From assembly GCA_965263035.1 (NCBI GenBank), contig OZ253580.1, positions 4,448,001-4,512,000 on the forward strand: a stretch of DNA of 64,000 nt. Reading direction: 5' to 3'. Source of the stretch: Acidobacteriota bacterium (GTDB lineage: Bacteria; Acidobacteriota; UBA6911; RPQK01; JAJDTT01). Shown one piece after another: positions 1 through 9,823 of this stretch (within the stretch, counting starts at the first letter, position 1; the number at the start of each line of letters is the position of its first letter). The notes under the pieces were generated by a model that did no database searches, was not told the origin of the DNA, and saw only the letters and a list, made by a program, of their open reading frames with translations. Position numbers and translations under genes: made by a program.

Positions 1-924
1 CAGGCTGGGCTCGGTGGACTCGTCCGTGCCGGTCACCGGGACGAAGGAGACGGGCCGCCAGAGCCCGTTGGTCCTTTGCCAGCGCAGGACGCCGGATCCG
101 CGGGGACCCAGCGGTTCCGGGCTGCCCGTACCGTCCACCTTGGAGGCGTGCATCCCGACCAGCAGGTCCTCACCGTCGGCGATGGCGTTGGTGAGGCCGC
201 CGTTGCTGATGTTCCAGCCGGACACGAGCTCGGATGGGGAGACTCGCTCTTCACCGGTCACCCGGAATTGGTCGCCGTCGTAGCTGAACTGGAAGACCTC
301 CATGATCTGGTAACGCTCGGCATCCTCGTACATGCCTCCCCCATGGGCGCTCTTGGGGTCGCCCGGCCGCCGAGCCAAACCGGTGTCGATCCCGAACCCG
401 GTTCCGGCGTGGGGGTGGGGCGAACCGTCCGGGTTCTTTGCCCCCAGGGGGATGAATCCGCCCCGCATGGGGTACTTGACCATGATGGCGGTCTGGTGGG
501 GCGGATTGGAGTTGGGATTGGCCTCCTCGTGGTTTCGGGTCACGGGTACGGCAGGCGCTGAAGGAGGGAGATTGATGTCGTCGAAAAGGACCACGTCGTT
601 GCCCACCTCGTAGTCGTCGCCGCTACGGGCCGGCGCCATGACGCCGTTGCGGATCCGGATGTTGACGAAGGCGGCGGCCATGCGAGGAGCCACCTGGAAG
701 GGAAAGATGAGGCCATAGCGCCAGCTCTTGCCCGGCGGAACGTCGGCGGGGGTGGTCAGATCCGCTTCCCCGCGAGTCACGCTCAGGATCCCGTGGCTCG
801 GGCCGCTGGATGACGGGAGGCTCTCCTCTCCGGGCGAGCAGCCGCCGATGGTTCCCAGCGAAGCGCCTCCCAGGAGCAGGGTCAATCTCTTCTGAAAATC
901 TCGGCGGTGAATTCGAGAGTTCAT
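1..924 (-). CDS. Tat-exported putative lipoprotein, hypothetical (3' end runs off the window)
   Basis: Manual translation from ATG 924: MNSRIHRRDFQKRLTLLLGGASLGTIGGC..., open to base 1; twin-Arg RRDF motif, hydrophobic stretch, Cys lipobox-like site. Absent from the ORF track because there is no stop in the window. Confidence 0.75.
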   Translation of the reverse strand, partial: MNSRIHRRDFQKRLTLLLGGASLGTIGGCSPGEESLPSSSGPSHGILSVTRGEADLTTPADVPPGKSWRYGLIFPFQVAPRMAAAFVNIRIRNGVMAPARSGDDYEVGNDVVLFDDINLPPSAPAVPVTRNHEEANPNSNPPHQTAIMVKYPMRGGFIPLGAKNPDGSPHPHAGTGFGIDTGLARRPGDPKSAHGGGMYEDAERYQIMEVFQFSYDGDQFRVTGEERVSPSELVSGWNISNGGLTNAIADGEDLLVGMHASKVDGTGSPEPLGPRGSGVLRWQRTNGLWRPVSFVPVTGTDESTEPSL

Positions 925-1116
925 GGGGTTCCTCCGTCCCAGATCTTGGGTTTTGCCACCCAGTCTACTACGCTGCCGACACGCTCCGCCACGGTCCCCG
1001 ACAGGTCCTCGCGATGGGCCGGCGGCAGCTCGGCCGGAGCCGGCCGGTCACCGGAGTCGAGGATGGGATCGCGAACGACATGCTTGGTTGTTAAGCTAAA
1101 CCAAAGACAACAGAAA

Positions 1117-4100
1117 TTGAAAAAACGGCCCGAGGTCGGTCTACTCGTCGCAATCGTCTGCCTCGCCGCAATCAGTGCTCCCGTCGCCGCGCAGCAGCAG
1201 TTCGGCGGTCTCCGTGTCCTCGTCACCGACCAGACCGGTAGCGTCATCCCCGGCGCCGAAGTCGAGTTCGGCGGCAAGGTGTTGATCCGGCCGGTCTTTG
1301 GGGTCTCCGACGATCACGGATTGGTGATCAGGAACAGCCTTCCACCCGGAAACTACACGGTAACCGTCCGATTCCCGGGGTTCCAGACTGCAGTGAATGA
1401 AGAAGTCGTCGTCCAGGCGGGACGGATTTTTTCGGTTGAGATAGCTCTCAAGGTCGGTCAACTCGACAGTACGATCGTCGTCGAGGCAGGCCAAGCGGCG
1501 ATCGATACGTTCAAGAGCGAGTCCGCGGCGACGTATGCCGGGCAAGGGATAACGGACGCCCCCGGCGGTCGAGACTTCAGCGACTACGCGCGCTTTACGC
1601 CGAGCGTCAACATCGAAGCCCAGGCGGGCAACGTGACCTACAGGGGACAGAGTGTCCGTGGCATCTCCGTCGACGGGTCCTCCGGCGCGGAGAACGTCTT
1701 CTACATCGACGGTGTCGATACCACGAGCATGTACAACGGGTTGAACAACCAGAATCTACGGGTCGAAACGGTGCAGGAGTTCCAGTTGAAGACGGCCGGG
1801 TACGAGGCCGAATTCGGCGGCGCCATGGGGGGCGTGCTCAGCATCCGGACCAAGAGCGGATCGAACGACTTTCACGGCAGCGTTCTGTGGTACGGGAGTG
1901 GAAGCGCCTTGGCGGGTGCGCCGAGCAAGCGTCTGCGCCTGGACCCGGCCCAGTCCGCCGACGTGGCCGAATACGTGTTCGACGCCGAAGACGATGAGGC
2001 GATCAACGAATTCGGCTTCACCTTGGGGGGGCCGATCTGGCGCGACCGCATCTGGTTCTTCGGGGCGCTCCTGCCGCAAATCCGAAACCGGACGCGCTCC
2101 GTCACCTTCACATCCGGGGAAACGGGCGATTTCAGACGCCAGGACCGGTTGCGCAGCACGACCGCCAAGATCGACTTCCAGCCTGCGGATAAAGTGAGAT
2201 TCATGACCTCGTACGTTTCGGACCGGTCGCGATGGAAGGGTGGATTGCCCGATCGCGACGGTACCTCCAACCCGAATTACGAGTGGGCGGAAGAAGGGTT
2301 CGAACATCCCGGCTACACGGTGACGGGAGCCCTGACCGTCACCCCGTCTCCGGTTTCGATCGTGGACGCCCGTTGGGGATTGAACGCCATCCAGACCGAA
2401 CAACTGCTGGGGCCGAACCAGGTCCGTCACCGGTTCCTCCAAACGCCGGGAGTGATCGGATATTCGCCGGACGACCCCCTGTATCGGCCACGCGACTTCT
2501 CCTCGATCGGACACTCGGCAAGCTACAATACCTCCCAGGATTTCCAGAAAAAGAGCACCATATCAGTCCGTGGTGAAAGTCCCGCGAGCACCGAGACCGG
2601 TCCTGCGCCCGCCGGACAAGGCGCGATGAGGGAGCATACCGGGAGTATGAGACCGAGTCGCAACGCAGTCCGCGCACGATGCAGGGAAGGTCGAATGCCG
2701 TGACGACTTTTGCCACGGGCTGATATCTCTGAGTGGGAGTTATCTGGCCACCCTGGCAGGCCAGCAGCATGAGGTGCGCGTCGGCTGGCAGTTCAATGGG
2801 CTCGCCCACGACGTCAACGACGCCTACAAGTTCGACTACATCCTGTACAACTACACCCGCCCCTACAACACCGTGGACGGGAACGTCCGGACCAGCACCT
2901 GCACGGGTCCGGACGGCGTCCGTTACGATCCTTGCGGTTATTACGAGCTGCGCACGCCGTTCGGCGTCGTGGCGAACGTCGTTACGCACCGCCATGCCCT
3001 TTTCTTCCAGGATGCCTGGACCATCAACGGTTCGCTCACCCTGAACCTCGGACTTCGCTTCGAGCACGAAGAGATCCCCTCCTTCAGCGATCTTCCGGAG
3101 TTTTCCGGAACGGTCTTCAAGTGGGGCTTCCTGGACAAGGCCGCGCCTCGTCTGGGCTTTGCCTATGACCCACTCGGTAACGCGAAGGTCAAGCTCTTCG
3201 GTAGTTGGGCCCGGTTCTACGACGCCATGAAACTCGAGATGGCCAACGGATCGTTCGGCGGGTTCAAATGGTTGAGCCATTACTACCTGATGGACGACAC
3301 CACGCTCGATTGGACCCGAATCGGAGGGCTGTCGGGACAAGGGGAATATCCTGGAACTTTCGTCGAGACCAGGAACTGGCGACTCCCGTCATTCGAGGAC
3401 CTGGACCCCGATCTGAAACCCATGCGGATGACGGGAGTCGTGGCCGGGGTCGAGTACGAGGCCGCGACGGACTATGTGGTTTCGGTCCGGTACACGCGAA
3501 AGAATCTGGATGAGGCGATCGAGGACGTCGGCCGGCAGACACCGGCGGGTGAGGCCTACTACATCACCAACCCGGGGCGCGGCCTTTCCGTCGACCGTTT
3601 CCTGGAAGCGGGACTGCCGGTTACCCCCCATCCCAAGCGAACCTACAACGCGGCCGAATTCCGCTTACGGAAATCCATCCGAGACCATTGGTTCGCGGAT
3701 GTCGCGTATGTGTATTCCCGGCTTTACGGCCTCTATTCAGGCTTGGGAAGCTCCGACGAGAACGGACGCCTCAGTCCGAACGTCGACCGCGATTTCGATC
3801 TCTGGTTCCTCAACTACGACTCCGCCGGCAACCTGATCGATGGACCGCTGGGCACCGACAGAACGCACCAGCTCAAGGTCAATTGGATGGTCCTCACTCC
3901 GTGGGACATGGCTGTGAGCGGTTTCTTCCGCGCCATGAGCGGAACGCCCGTCACCCGGACCGTCGATCTGGAACACGTGGACGTCATGGTGAACAACCGC
4001 GGCAGCGACGGACGAAACCCGTTCTGGACTCAGACGGACCTCTCACTGGTCCAGCGCTTCTACCCTTTCCCGGATGAAACCAGATCGTTCGAGATCAACT

Positions 4101-4333
4101 TCAACGTCATCAACCTCTTCAACCAGAAGACGGGCTTGCGGACATTCCGAAGCCTGTACCGCCAGTCCCTTCCCTTGTGGCAACCCGGCGATCCCGTCTC
4201 GCAAGTCCTGAACGGCTACGACTATCGCGCCATAGCCGCCTCCCAGGGCGCGACCCAGGATCCTCGCTTCCTGCAGCCGGACCGGTTCCTGGATCCAGTT
4301 GCGGCACGCTTCGGAGTTCGTTTCGTCTTCTGA
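1117..4333 (+). pseudogene. Oar-like TonB-dependent receptor with N-terminal carboxypeptidase-regulatory-like domain, frameshifted by a family A insertion
   Basis: ORFs 907..2703 and 2774..4333 are two halves: signal peptide from TTG 1117, plug motifs (ENVFYIDGVD, EFGGAMGGVLSIRTKSG), barrel ending RFVF. Removing 163 bp restores ...QKKST-I-SLSGSYLATLAGQQHEVRVGW... Confidence 0.9.
2563..2723 (+). mobile_element. Family A ERIC-like palindromic miniature element, copy A1 (161 bp, TA duplication)
   Basis: Terminal inverted repeats TCAGTCCGTGGTGAAAGTC / GACTTTTGCCACGGGCTGA, TA on both sides (2561-62, 2724-25), four other full copies in the window. Confidence 0.92.
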
Positions 4334-4337
4334 CCTG

Positions 4338-4498
4338 GGAGCCTGCGCGGCAGAAATTGATCTACTGCGAAAGCGGTAGAATCGGTCCATATTTCCCCGA
4401 TTTCTCGGCGAATAGAACAACTATGCACCTCCAAATCGAGAAAATCTGGCCTCGATTCCCCTCTTTCTCGCTACGATCATTCTTACCGCGCAGACTCT
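4338..4498. mobile_element. Family B palindromic miniature element, copy B1 (161 bp)
   Basis: Ends GGAGCCTGCGCGGCAGAAATTGATC / GATCATTCTTACCGCGCAGACTCT; near-identical to 11038-11198 and 51038-51198. Confidence 0.92.
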
Positions 4499-4563
4499 TA
4501 GTGTGTCCTCCGGTGTGAAATGCGGGCTGGAATGAGCAATTTTGGACGGAGCATGAAGGTCGC

Positions 4564-4710
4564 ATGACTTGTCCGCGCTGCCGCACCAAGATGACGGTCG
4601 CCGCCCATCGGCCTCACAAGCAAGAGAAGTGGCGCTGCCCCAAGTGCGGCAAGGTGCGGATGAAACCGGCCAGCTACCGCCGATCCAAGTACGGCAAACG
4701 AGAGGCCTGA
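4564..4710 (+). CDS. Small basic Zn-ribbon protein (48 aa)
   Basis: MTCPRCRTKMTVAAHRPHKQEKWRCPKCGKVRMKPASYRRSKYGKREA*; two CxxC knuckles; below the ORF-track length cutoff. Confidence 0.7.
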   Translation: MTCPRCRTKMTVAAHRPHKQEKWRCPKCGKVRMKPASYRRSKYGKREA

Positions 4711-4793
4711 GCGCCGGACGGCAGGCAAAAAAGCGGGTTCAGGCCCGTGGTCCATCGCGTCCGGCCGCCGAGGGCCTTGATCCGCTCCGCCCG

Positions 4794-6284
4794 CTATTTA
4801 ACTCCGGCGGCCAGCCACCGGATCGGTCGGGCGCAGATCAGGAACAGGGCCCCGGCCACGATCGAGGTGACGGCGACGCTGAAAAACAGCTCTTCAGCGG
4901 TCATGGTCTCGAGTCGGCCGGACATGAGCCCGGCGATGAGATTCCCCAGGGCGGCTCCCATGAACCAGGTTCCCATCATCTGCCCCACGAGACGCGTCGG
5001 CGAGAGCTTGGTGATGCTGCTCAACCCGACCGGGCTGAGGCAGAGTTCCCCCACGGTGTGAAAAAAGTAGGTCGTCACCAGCCACACGGGGCTCACCTTG
5101 CCCGCCGCGATGAATTGGGAGCCCCAGGCCATGACGAAAAAACCCGCTCCGAGCAGTACGAGCGCGAAGGCGAACTTGACTCCAAGCGACGGGTTCCTCG
5201 ACCCGAGACCGACCCACAGCATTCCCATCAAGGGCGCCAACAGGACGATGAACAGGGGATTGACCTGCTGCAGCCAACCGGCGGGAAACTCCCAGGAGAG
5301 GATCACCAGGTCGGTGTGTTCCTTGGCGAAGAGATTCATGCTGGATCCGGCCTGCTCGAAGCCGGACCAGAACAGCGCGGCTCCGATGAAGAGGACGAAG
5401 ATGAGGCCTACCCTCCGCCTCTCCAGGCTGTCTCTGCAGGCGAACAGGATGACGTAGCTGAAATAGAGGACGGCCAAGACCGAAATCGAAAGCGAGACGG
5501 TTCGGGCCACGGCCTCGACGGTGAGCGTCAGGAGCCCGGCCGAGGTCAGAGCGGCGAGAGCCAGTGCCGCGGCAGCCACCACTCCCAGACCCCTCAGGAA
5601 CTGGCCGCGAGACCGGGCCTGCGCCTGGAGACTGGACGCATCCCCCTTGAGTTCACCGGCCCCGTCCAGATGCCGCCGTCCCAGCACGTACTGCAGCACG
5701 GCGAAGGTCATGCCCACGCCGGCGGCGCCGAAACCCAGATGCCAATCCACCTTCTCGCCCAGGAACGAGCAGATCCCCGGCCCCAGGAAGGCTCCGACGT
5801 TGATTCCCATGTAGAAAATGGTGAAACCGGCGTCCCGCCGAGCGTCGTTTCCCGTATAGAGGTCTCCGACGATGGCGCTGACGTTGGGTTTCAACAGACC
5901 GGTGCCCAGGGCCACCAGGGCCAACCCCACGTAGAACGTGACCTCGGCCGGAATCGCCAGCGCATAGTGGCCGGCGGCGATGATGATGCCTCCCACCAGG
6001 ACGGCGCGGCGCTGGCCGATGAGCCGGTCCGCCACCCATCCTCCGGGGAGAGCCAGCGCGTAGACTCCGAAGGTATACAGACCGTAGATCGCGCCCGCCT
6101 CGGCCTTGCCCATGCCCATCCCTCCCCGGGCGCTGTCGATCATGAACAGGACCAGGAGGGCCCTCATTCCGTAGTAGCTGAAACGCTCCCACATCTCGGT
6201 GAAGAAGAGGGTCGAGAGCCCTCGGGGATGACCGAAAAAAGTCTGCGGCCGGCGATCGCCGCCGGGTGTCTGCGATGGGTCCAT
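4794..6284 (-). CDS. POT/PTR family proton-dependent oligopeptide transporter (DtpT-like)
   Basis: FFGHPRGL, EMWERFSYYGMR, GTGLLKPN and GELCLSPVGLS motifs; start uncertain (6284-6302). Confidence 0.93.
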   Translation of the reverse strand: MDPSQTPGGDRRPQTFFGHPRGLSTLFFTEMWERFSYYGMRALLVLFMIDSARGGMGMGKAEAGAIYGLYTFGVYALALPGGWVADRLIGQRRAVLVGGIIIAAGHYALAIPAEVTFYVGLALVALGTGLLKPNVSAIVGDLYTGNDARRDAGFTIFYMGINVGAFLGPGICSFLGEKVDWHLGFGAAGVGMTFAVLQYVLGRRHLDGAGELKGDASSLQAQARSRGQFLRGLGVVAAAALALAALTSAGLLTLTVEAVARTVSLSISVLAVLYFSYVILFACRDSLERRRVGLIFVLFIGAALFWSGFEQAGSSMNLFAKEHTDLVILSWEFPAGWLQQVNPLFIVLLAPLMGMLWVGLGSRNPSLGVKFAFALVLLGAGFFVMAWGSQFIAAGKVSPVWLVTTYFFHTVGELCLSPVGLSSITKLSPTRLVGQMMGTWFMGAALGNLIAGLMSGRLETMTAEELFFSVAVTSIVAGALFLICARPIRWLAAGVK

Positions 6285-6312
6285 GGAGACCTCCATACTC
6301 ACGTCTGCGGGA

Positions 6313-7272
6313 TCAGCGAACGGCGATGGGATTTCCCGGGGATCCGGTGGCTCCCTTCAGGCGAAGCGGGGAGAAGACGAAGGCGAACTCGTAGACCTTG
6401 TCCCGCGCCAACTCCTCCAGCGTGAGATTTTCCAGGTTGTAGATCCCGTGGCGCACCAGCATCCACTGATGCACCTCGAAGGGCCGGTCCGGATTCTCGT
6501 GCGGGACCACCTCGATGGCCCAGTTGTCGGCTCCGGTCAGGACCGTTTTCCGGCTGCTGAGCCAGCGGGCCGCCTCCATGCCGATTCCCGGCTCACCCGA
6601 GTTGTACAGGTCGTTGTCCCGCATCCACAGCTTCTCGTGTCCGGTGCGGATCAGGACCGCGTCCCCTTCTCGGACTTCCACGCCCTGTTTCTTCAGAGCT
6701 CCCTGCAGGTCGTCTGCGGTGATGACGTATCCCGGCTGCAGTCGGTCCACGCCCTTGAATGAGGCCACGTCGATGAGGACCCCGCGGGTAAAGAAGACGC
6801 CCACGTTCTCTACGCCCAGCTTCGTGAGCCCGTAGGGAGTGGCGAACCGGGACCGCTTGAAACCGTTATAGAAGTAGTCGTCGTCGGCCAGTCGAACTCC
6901 GACATGGCCGAGTCCGTCGAACTGAGTTCCGACCTGACCGATCTCGCCGCTGAACATCTCGTCGAAACCCACGAGCCCGTTCGATCCGGTCGGGTCGCCC
7001 GAAGTGGGAGATCCTGGGATCGTGAGCTTGAAATGCCGCTTGCCCGCCAGCGGCATCCCTTCCTGGTAGACCTGACCCAGCGAGTAGATCTTGCCGGTGC
7101 GGATGAGCCGGCTGGCTTCCAGGACTTTGGCCGGGGTGATCCGGTTGGCGGCGCCGCGTTGATCCGCGGTGCCCCACTCGGAAGGCCACCAGCGGGAGCC
7201 GATGGGTGTCTCCTGGGGCCAGGCAACCGACTGCATGGACCAGCAGAGCGCTATGAACCCGATGAGCCTCAT
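6313..7272 (-). CDS. Secreted cyclase/kynurenine-formamidase family metallohydrolase
   Basis: QVGTQFDGLGH, RGVLID, GATGSPGNPIA motifs; signal peptide MRLIGFIALCW... Confidence 0.88.
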   Translation of the reverse strand: MRLIGFIALCWSMQSVAWPQETPIGSRWWPSEWGTADQRGAANRITPAKVLEASRLIRTGKIYSLGQVYQEGMPLAGKRHFKLTIPGSPTSGDPTGSNGLVGFDEMFSGEIGQVGTQFDGLGHVGVRLADDDYFYNGFKRSRFATPYGLTKLGVENVGVFFTRGVLIDVASFKGVDRLQPGYVITADDLQGALKKQGVEVREGDAVLIRTGHEKLWMRDNDLYNSGEPGIGMEAARWLSSRKTVLTGADNWAIEVVPHENPDRPFEVHQWMLVRHGIYNLENLTLEELARDKVYEFAFVFSPLRLKGATGSPGNPIAVR

Positions 7273-7309
7273 GGTTTGTCTCTCCCTCGTGTCATGGCCG
7301 GCTTCCGAA

Positions 7310-8425
7310 TCAATTCGTTTCCGTCGGCTCGGAGAGACCGGCATTCAGGGCCGGAACCACTTCCCGAGCCAGGAGTTCCACACTCCGGATCCAGCTCTCC
7401 TTGTCGTCCCAGTCGTGGGCTACCAGGATCAGAGTCCCAAAGCCGCCGACTTCGTCTCTCAACTCCCGGAGCATCTGCGTGACCCGGGACGAATCCCCCG
7501 CGATCACCACCTCGTCCAGGAAATAGTCCAGATTGCAATCGGCGTCGCTCATGGACGGATCCCGTTTCCAGATTCCCACGCCGGGACCCCTCCGGGTCAG
7601 CTCCAGAATGTATTCGATGCATTTCCCCATGGAGTTGCCGGCGGCCAACCGGCGAGCTTCTTCGGTCGTTTCGGCCACAAACACGTTGCGGGAGACTCTC
7701 CAGTCGCTGATCCGTGCCCGGCGGCCGTGTTGGCGAGCGCCCGATTCGTAGGTCGACCAGTGGTTCCGCAAGGTGTCTGTCGACACCATGTGGTGGCTGA
7801 TGGGAAGAAAACCACGGCCGGCCGCTTTCTGGACGCCGACCGAGTCGCGGCTGATGCACGGGACCATAATGGGCGGGTGGGGCCGCTGCAGCGGTCGGTG
7901 CAGGACGCCGACGCCCATTTCGGGGTCGATTTGCTCGGAAAGGCGGAAATCCCAGAACTTCCCATGGAACTCGATGGGCGGGTCCTGGCTCCAGATTCTC
8001 AAGATGGCCTCGATGGCTTCGGAAACCAGACCGCCGGATTGCCGGGGATCGACGCCGTAGATCTCCATATCGCTGGGAATCGCTCCGGGACCGAAGCAGA
8101 GATTGAGGCGCCCGTGGGACAGGTGATCCAGAAAGGCCAGGCGCGAGGCGACGTGTGCCGGGTGGTGGTATTGGAGGCAGACCGGCGCCGGTCCGATCCG
8201 GATCCGGGAGGTCATTCCCAGCGCCTTGCCGATGAAGATCTCGGGCATGACGATGTTCTCCACGCTGGAGGAATGATGTTCTCCTACCCAGAACTCGGAA
8301 AATCCCAGCTCCTCGCATCGCACGACCAGTTCAAGGTCCTCGTCGAAGCATTGGGCCAGAGGCTTATCCGGATCGTGCACGGGCATGAGGAACATCCCCA
8401 GCTTGAGGGATGGCTGATGGGGCAT
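7310..8425 (-). CDS. LLM (luciferase-like) flavin-dependent monooxygenase
   Basis: LGMFLMP, ELGFSEFWVGEHH, LDHLSHGRL motifs; start at MPHQPS chosen by domain boundary. Confidence 0.9.
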   Translation of the reverse strand: MPHQPSLKLGMFLMPVHDPDKPLAQCFDEDLELVVRCEELGFSEFWVGEHHSSSVENIVMPEIFIGKALGMTSRIRIGPAPVCLQYHHPAHVASRLAFLDHLSHGRLNLCFGPGAIPSDMEIYGVDPRQSGGLVSEAIEAILRIWSQDPPIEFHGKFWDFRLSEQIDPEMGVGVLHRPLQRPHPPIMVPCISRDSVGVQKAAGRGFLPISHHMVSTDTLRNHWSTYESGARQHGRRARISDWRVSRNVFVAETTEEARRLAAGNSMGKCIEYILELTRRGPGVGIWKRDPSMSDADCNLDYFLDEVVIAGDSSRVTQMLRELRDEVGGFGTLILVAHDWDDKESWIRSVELLAREVVPALNAGLSEPTETN

Positions 8426-8652
8426 GGCGGGATCCTTTCCTGAATCGGGGCTCGTCATGGGCCTGGTCCTCGTGTCGCCAATCAGGATGGGCGCGATCGG
8501 GGGCAGAGTCAACGAGCCCCTCCAGGTCCCGAGTTGCACCTCGACCTTGGGAACGAATAACATTATGCAAGGTTTCCGAAGAGACAAGATAGCCTTGTCC
8601 CGGGTGGAAGCGAGTTCGGCGCCGCGACCGGCAGTGGCACAAGCGTGATGCG

Positions 8653-9747
8653 ATGATGTGGCACCTGATTCTCTCCAATCTCCGCCAGCGGCCGACCCGC
8701 ACCTGCGTCAACATCATGGCCGTTTGCCTGGGAGTGGTTCTGGTTCTGGTCTGCGTCGGACTCTCCTACGGCCAGTTGCTGGATCAGGCGCAACGGACCC
8801 GCCGTATCGGAGGGGACTTCATGCTCCAGCCTCCGGACGCCTCCTTTTTCCTGGCGCTCAACAGCGGCGCCATGGACGTCAGGATCGGACGCGTCATCGA
8901 TAAGGTGGATGGGGTCGAGGCCTCGACTCCGATCATGGTCAAGGTTGTCAGCAGGAACTTCTTCGCGGTTTACGGCGTGGACGCGTCCAGCTTTCAGAAT
9001 GTCAACGACGGGCTGAGGTTCGTCCAAGGCCGGTTTTTCGAGTCAGGGGACGAAGCCATCGTCGACGAACTCTTCGCCTCCAACAATCAGATGGACGTCG
9101 GACAGGACGTCGATCTCCTGGGGCACCGGTTCAAGATCACCGGGATCTTCCAGAGGGGAACCGCCGGCCGGGCCATGATTCCCCTCGAGACCATGCAGAA
9201 GATCAACGGAACTCCGGGCAAGTGCTCGGTCTTCTTCATCCGGGCTGAGGATGGGAAGCCCCACGATCAGGTTCGAACGGCGCTGGACACCCGTTTCGAG
9301 AATTACAGGGTCACAGCTACCGAAAATCTGGAACAACTCTTCACTACGACCACACCCGTTTTCCGCGAATTCCTCCTGGTGATCGTCGCGCTGGCCGTGG
9401 CCATGAGTTTCCTGGTGACGCTCACGGCCACTTACAGCACCATCGTGGAGAGGACCCGGGAGATCGGCATCCTCAAATCTCTTGGCGCCTCCAAGTCCTA
9501 TATCGTCCGCCTCTTTCTCGAGGAATCCCTGCTGGTCTCGGTGTTGGGCCTGATCTCCGGTTTCATCCTGACCTGGGGAGTCCTCAGCCTGATTGCCGTC
9601 AAGTTCCCCTCCTTGCCGGTGATTATCCAGCCCTACTGGAGAGTGGCGGTGGTGGGGATTTCGATGGGCGGAACCGTGTTGGGAGCCCTCTACCCGGCGT
9701 GGAAGGCCGCCAAGCTGGACCCGGTCACGGCTCTCGGTTACGAGTAG
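8653..9747 (+). CDS. MacB/FtsX-type ABC transporter permease
   Basis: ERTREIGILKSLGA and YPAWKAAKLDPVTALGYE signatures; periplasmic core; no ATPase adjacent. Confidence 0.92.
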   Translation: MMWHLILSNLRQRPTRTCVNIMAVCLGVVLVLVCVGLSYGQLLDQAQRTRRIGGDFMLQPPDASFFLALNSGAMDVRIGRVIDKVDGVEASTPIMVKVVSRNFFAVYGVDASSFQNVNDGLRFVQGRFFESGDEAIVDELFASNNQMDVGQDVDLLGHRFKITGIFQRGTAGRAMIPLETMQKINGTPGKCSVFFIRAEDGKPHDQVRTALDTRFENYRVTATENLEQLFTTTTPVFREFLLVIVALAVAMSFLVTLTATYSTIVERTREIGILKSLGASKSYIVRLFLEESLLVSVLGLISGFILTWGVLSLIAVKFPSLPVIIQPYWRVAVVGISMGGTVLGALYPAWKAAKLDPVTALGYE

Positions 9748-9823
9748 CGCCCCTTCATCGGGGAACACCGCCCGCCTCGGATGGTTCTCCCCAGCTTTGA
9801 GAAACAGCCGCCGAACAGATCCG

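Noticed and set aside
925-1116. Cobalamin or TPP riboswitch upstream of the TonB receptor
   Set aside because: No B12-box or TPP core motifs recognisable.
2563-2723. Self-splicing intron explanation for the receptor insert
   Set aside because: Too short, lacks group I/II motifs, and has terminal inverted repeats, a TA duplication and intergenic siblings.
4357-4382. Promoter inside family B (TTGATC...TAGAAT)
   Set aside because: Spacer is only 14 bp.
4043-4589. Short ORFs with recurring peptides (MEVHSCSIRREIGEIW, SVRGESPASTET)
   Set aside because: Translations of the family A/B repeats, not independent genes; they also inflate the N-termini of ORFs 9824..11128 and 55453..56595.
4569-6425. 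Long antisense ORFs (e.g. 4569..6425, 7169..8443, 25992..27671, 33777..35540)
   Set aside because: Shadows of well-supported genes on the other strand, expected in high-GC DNA; no motifs.
8550-8572. dif-like site (ATAA...TTATG)
   Set aside because: Spacer is 2 bp rather than 6 and the XerD arm does not match.
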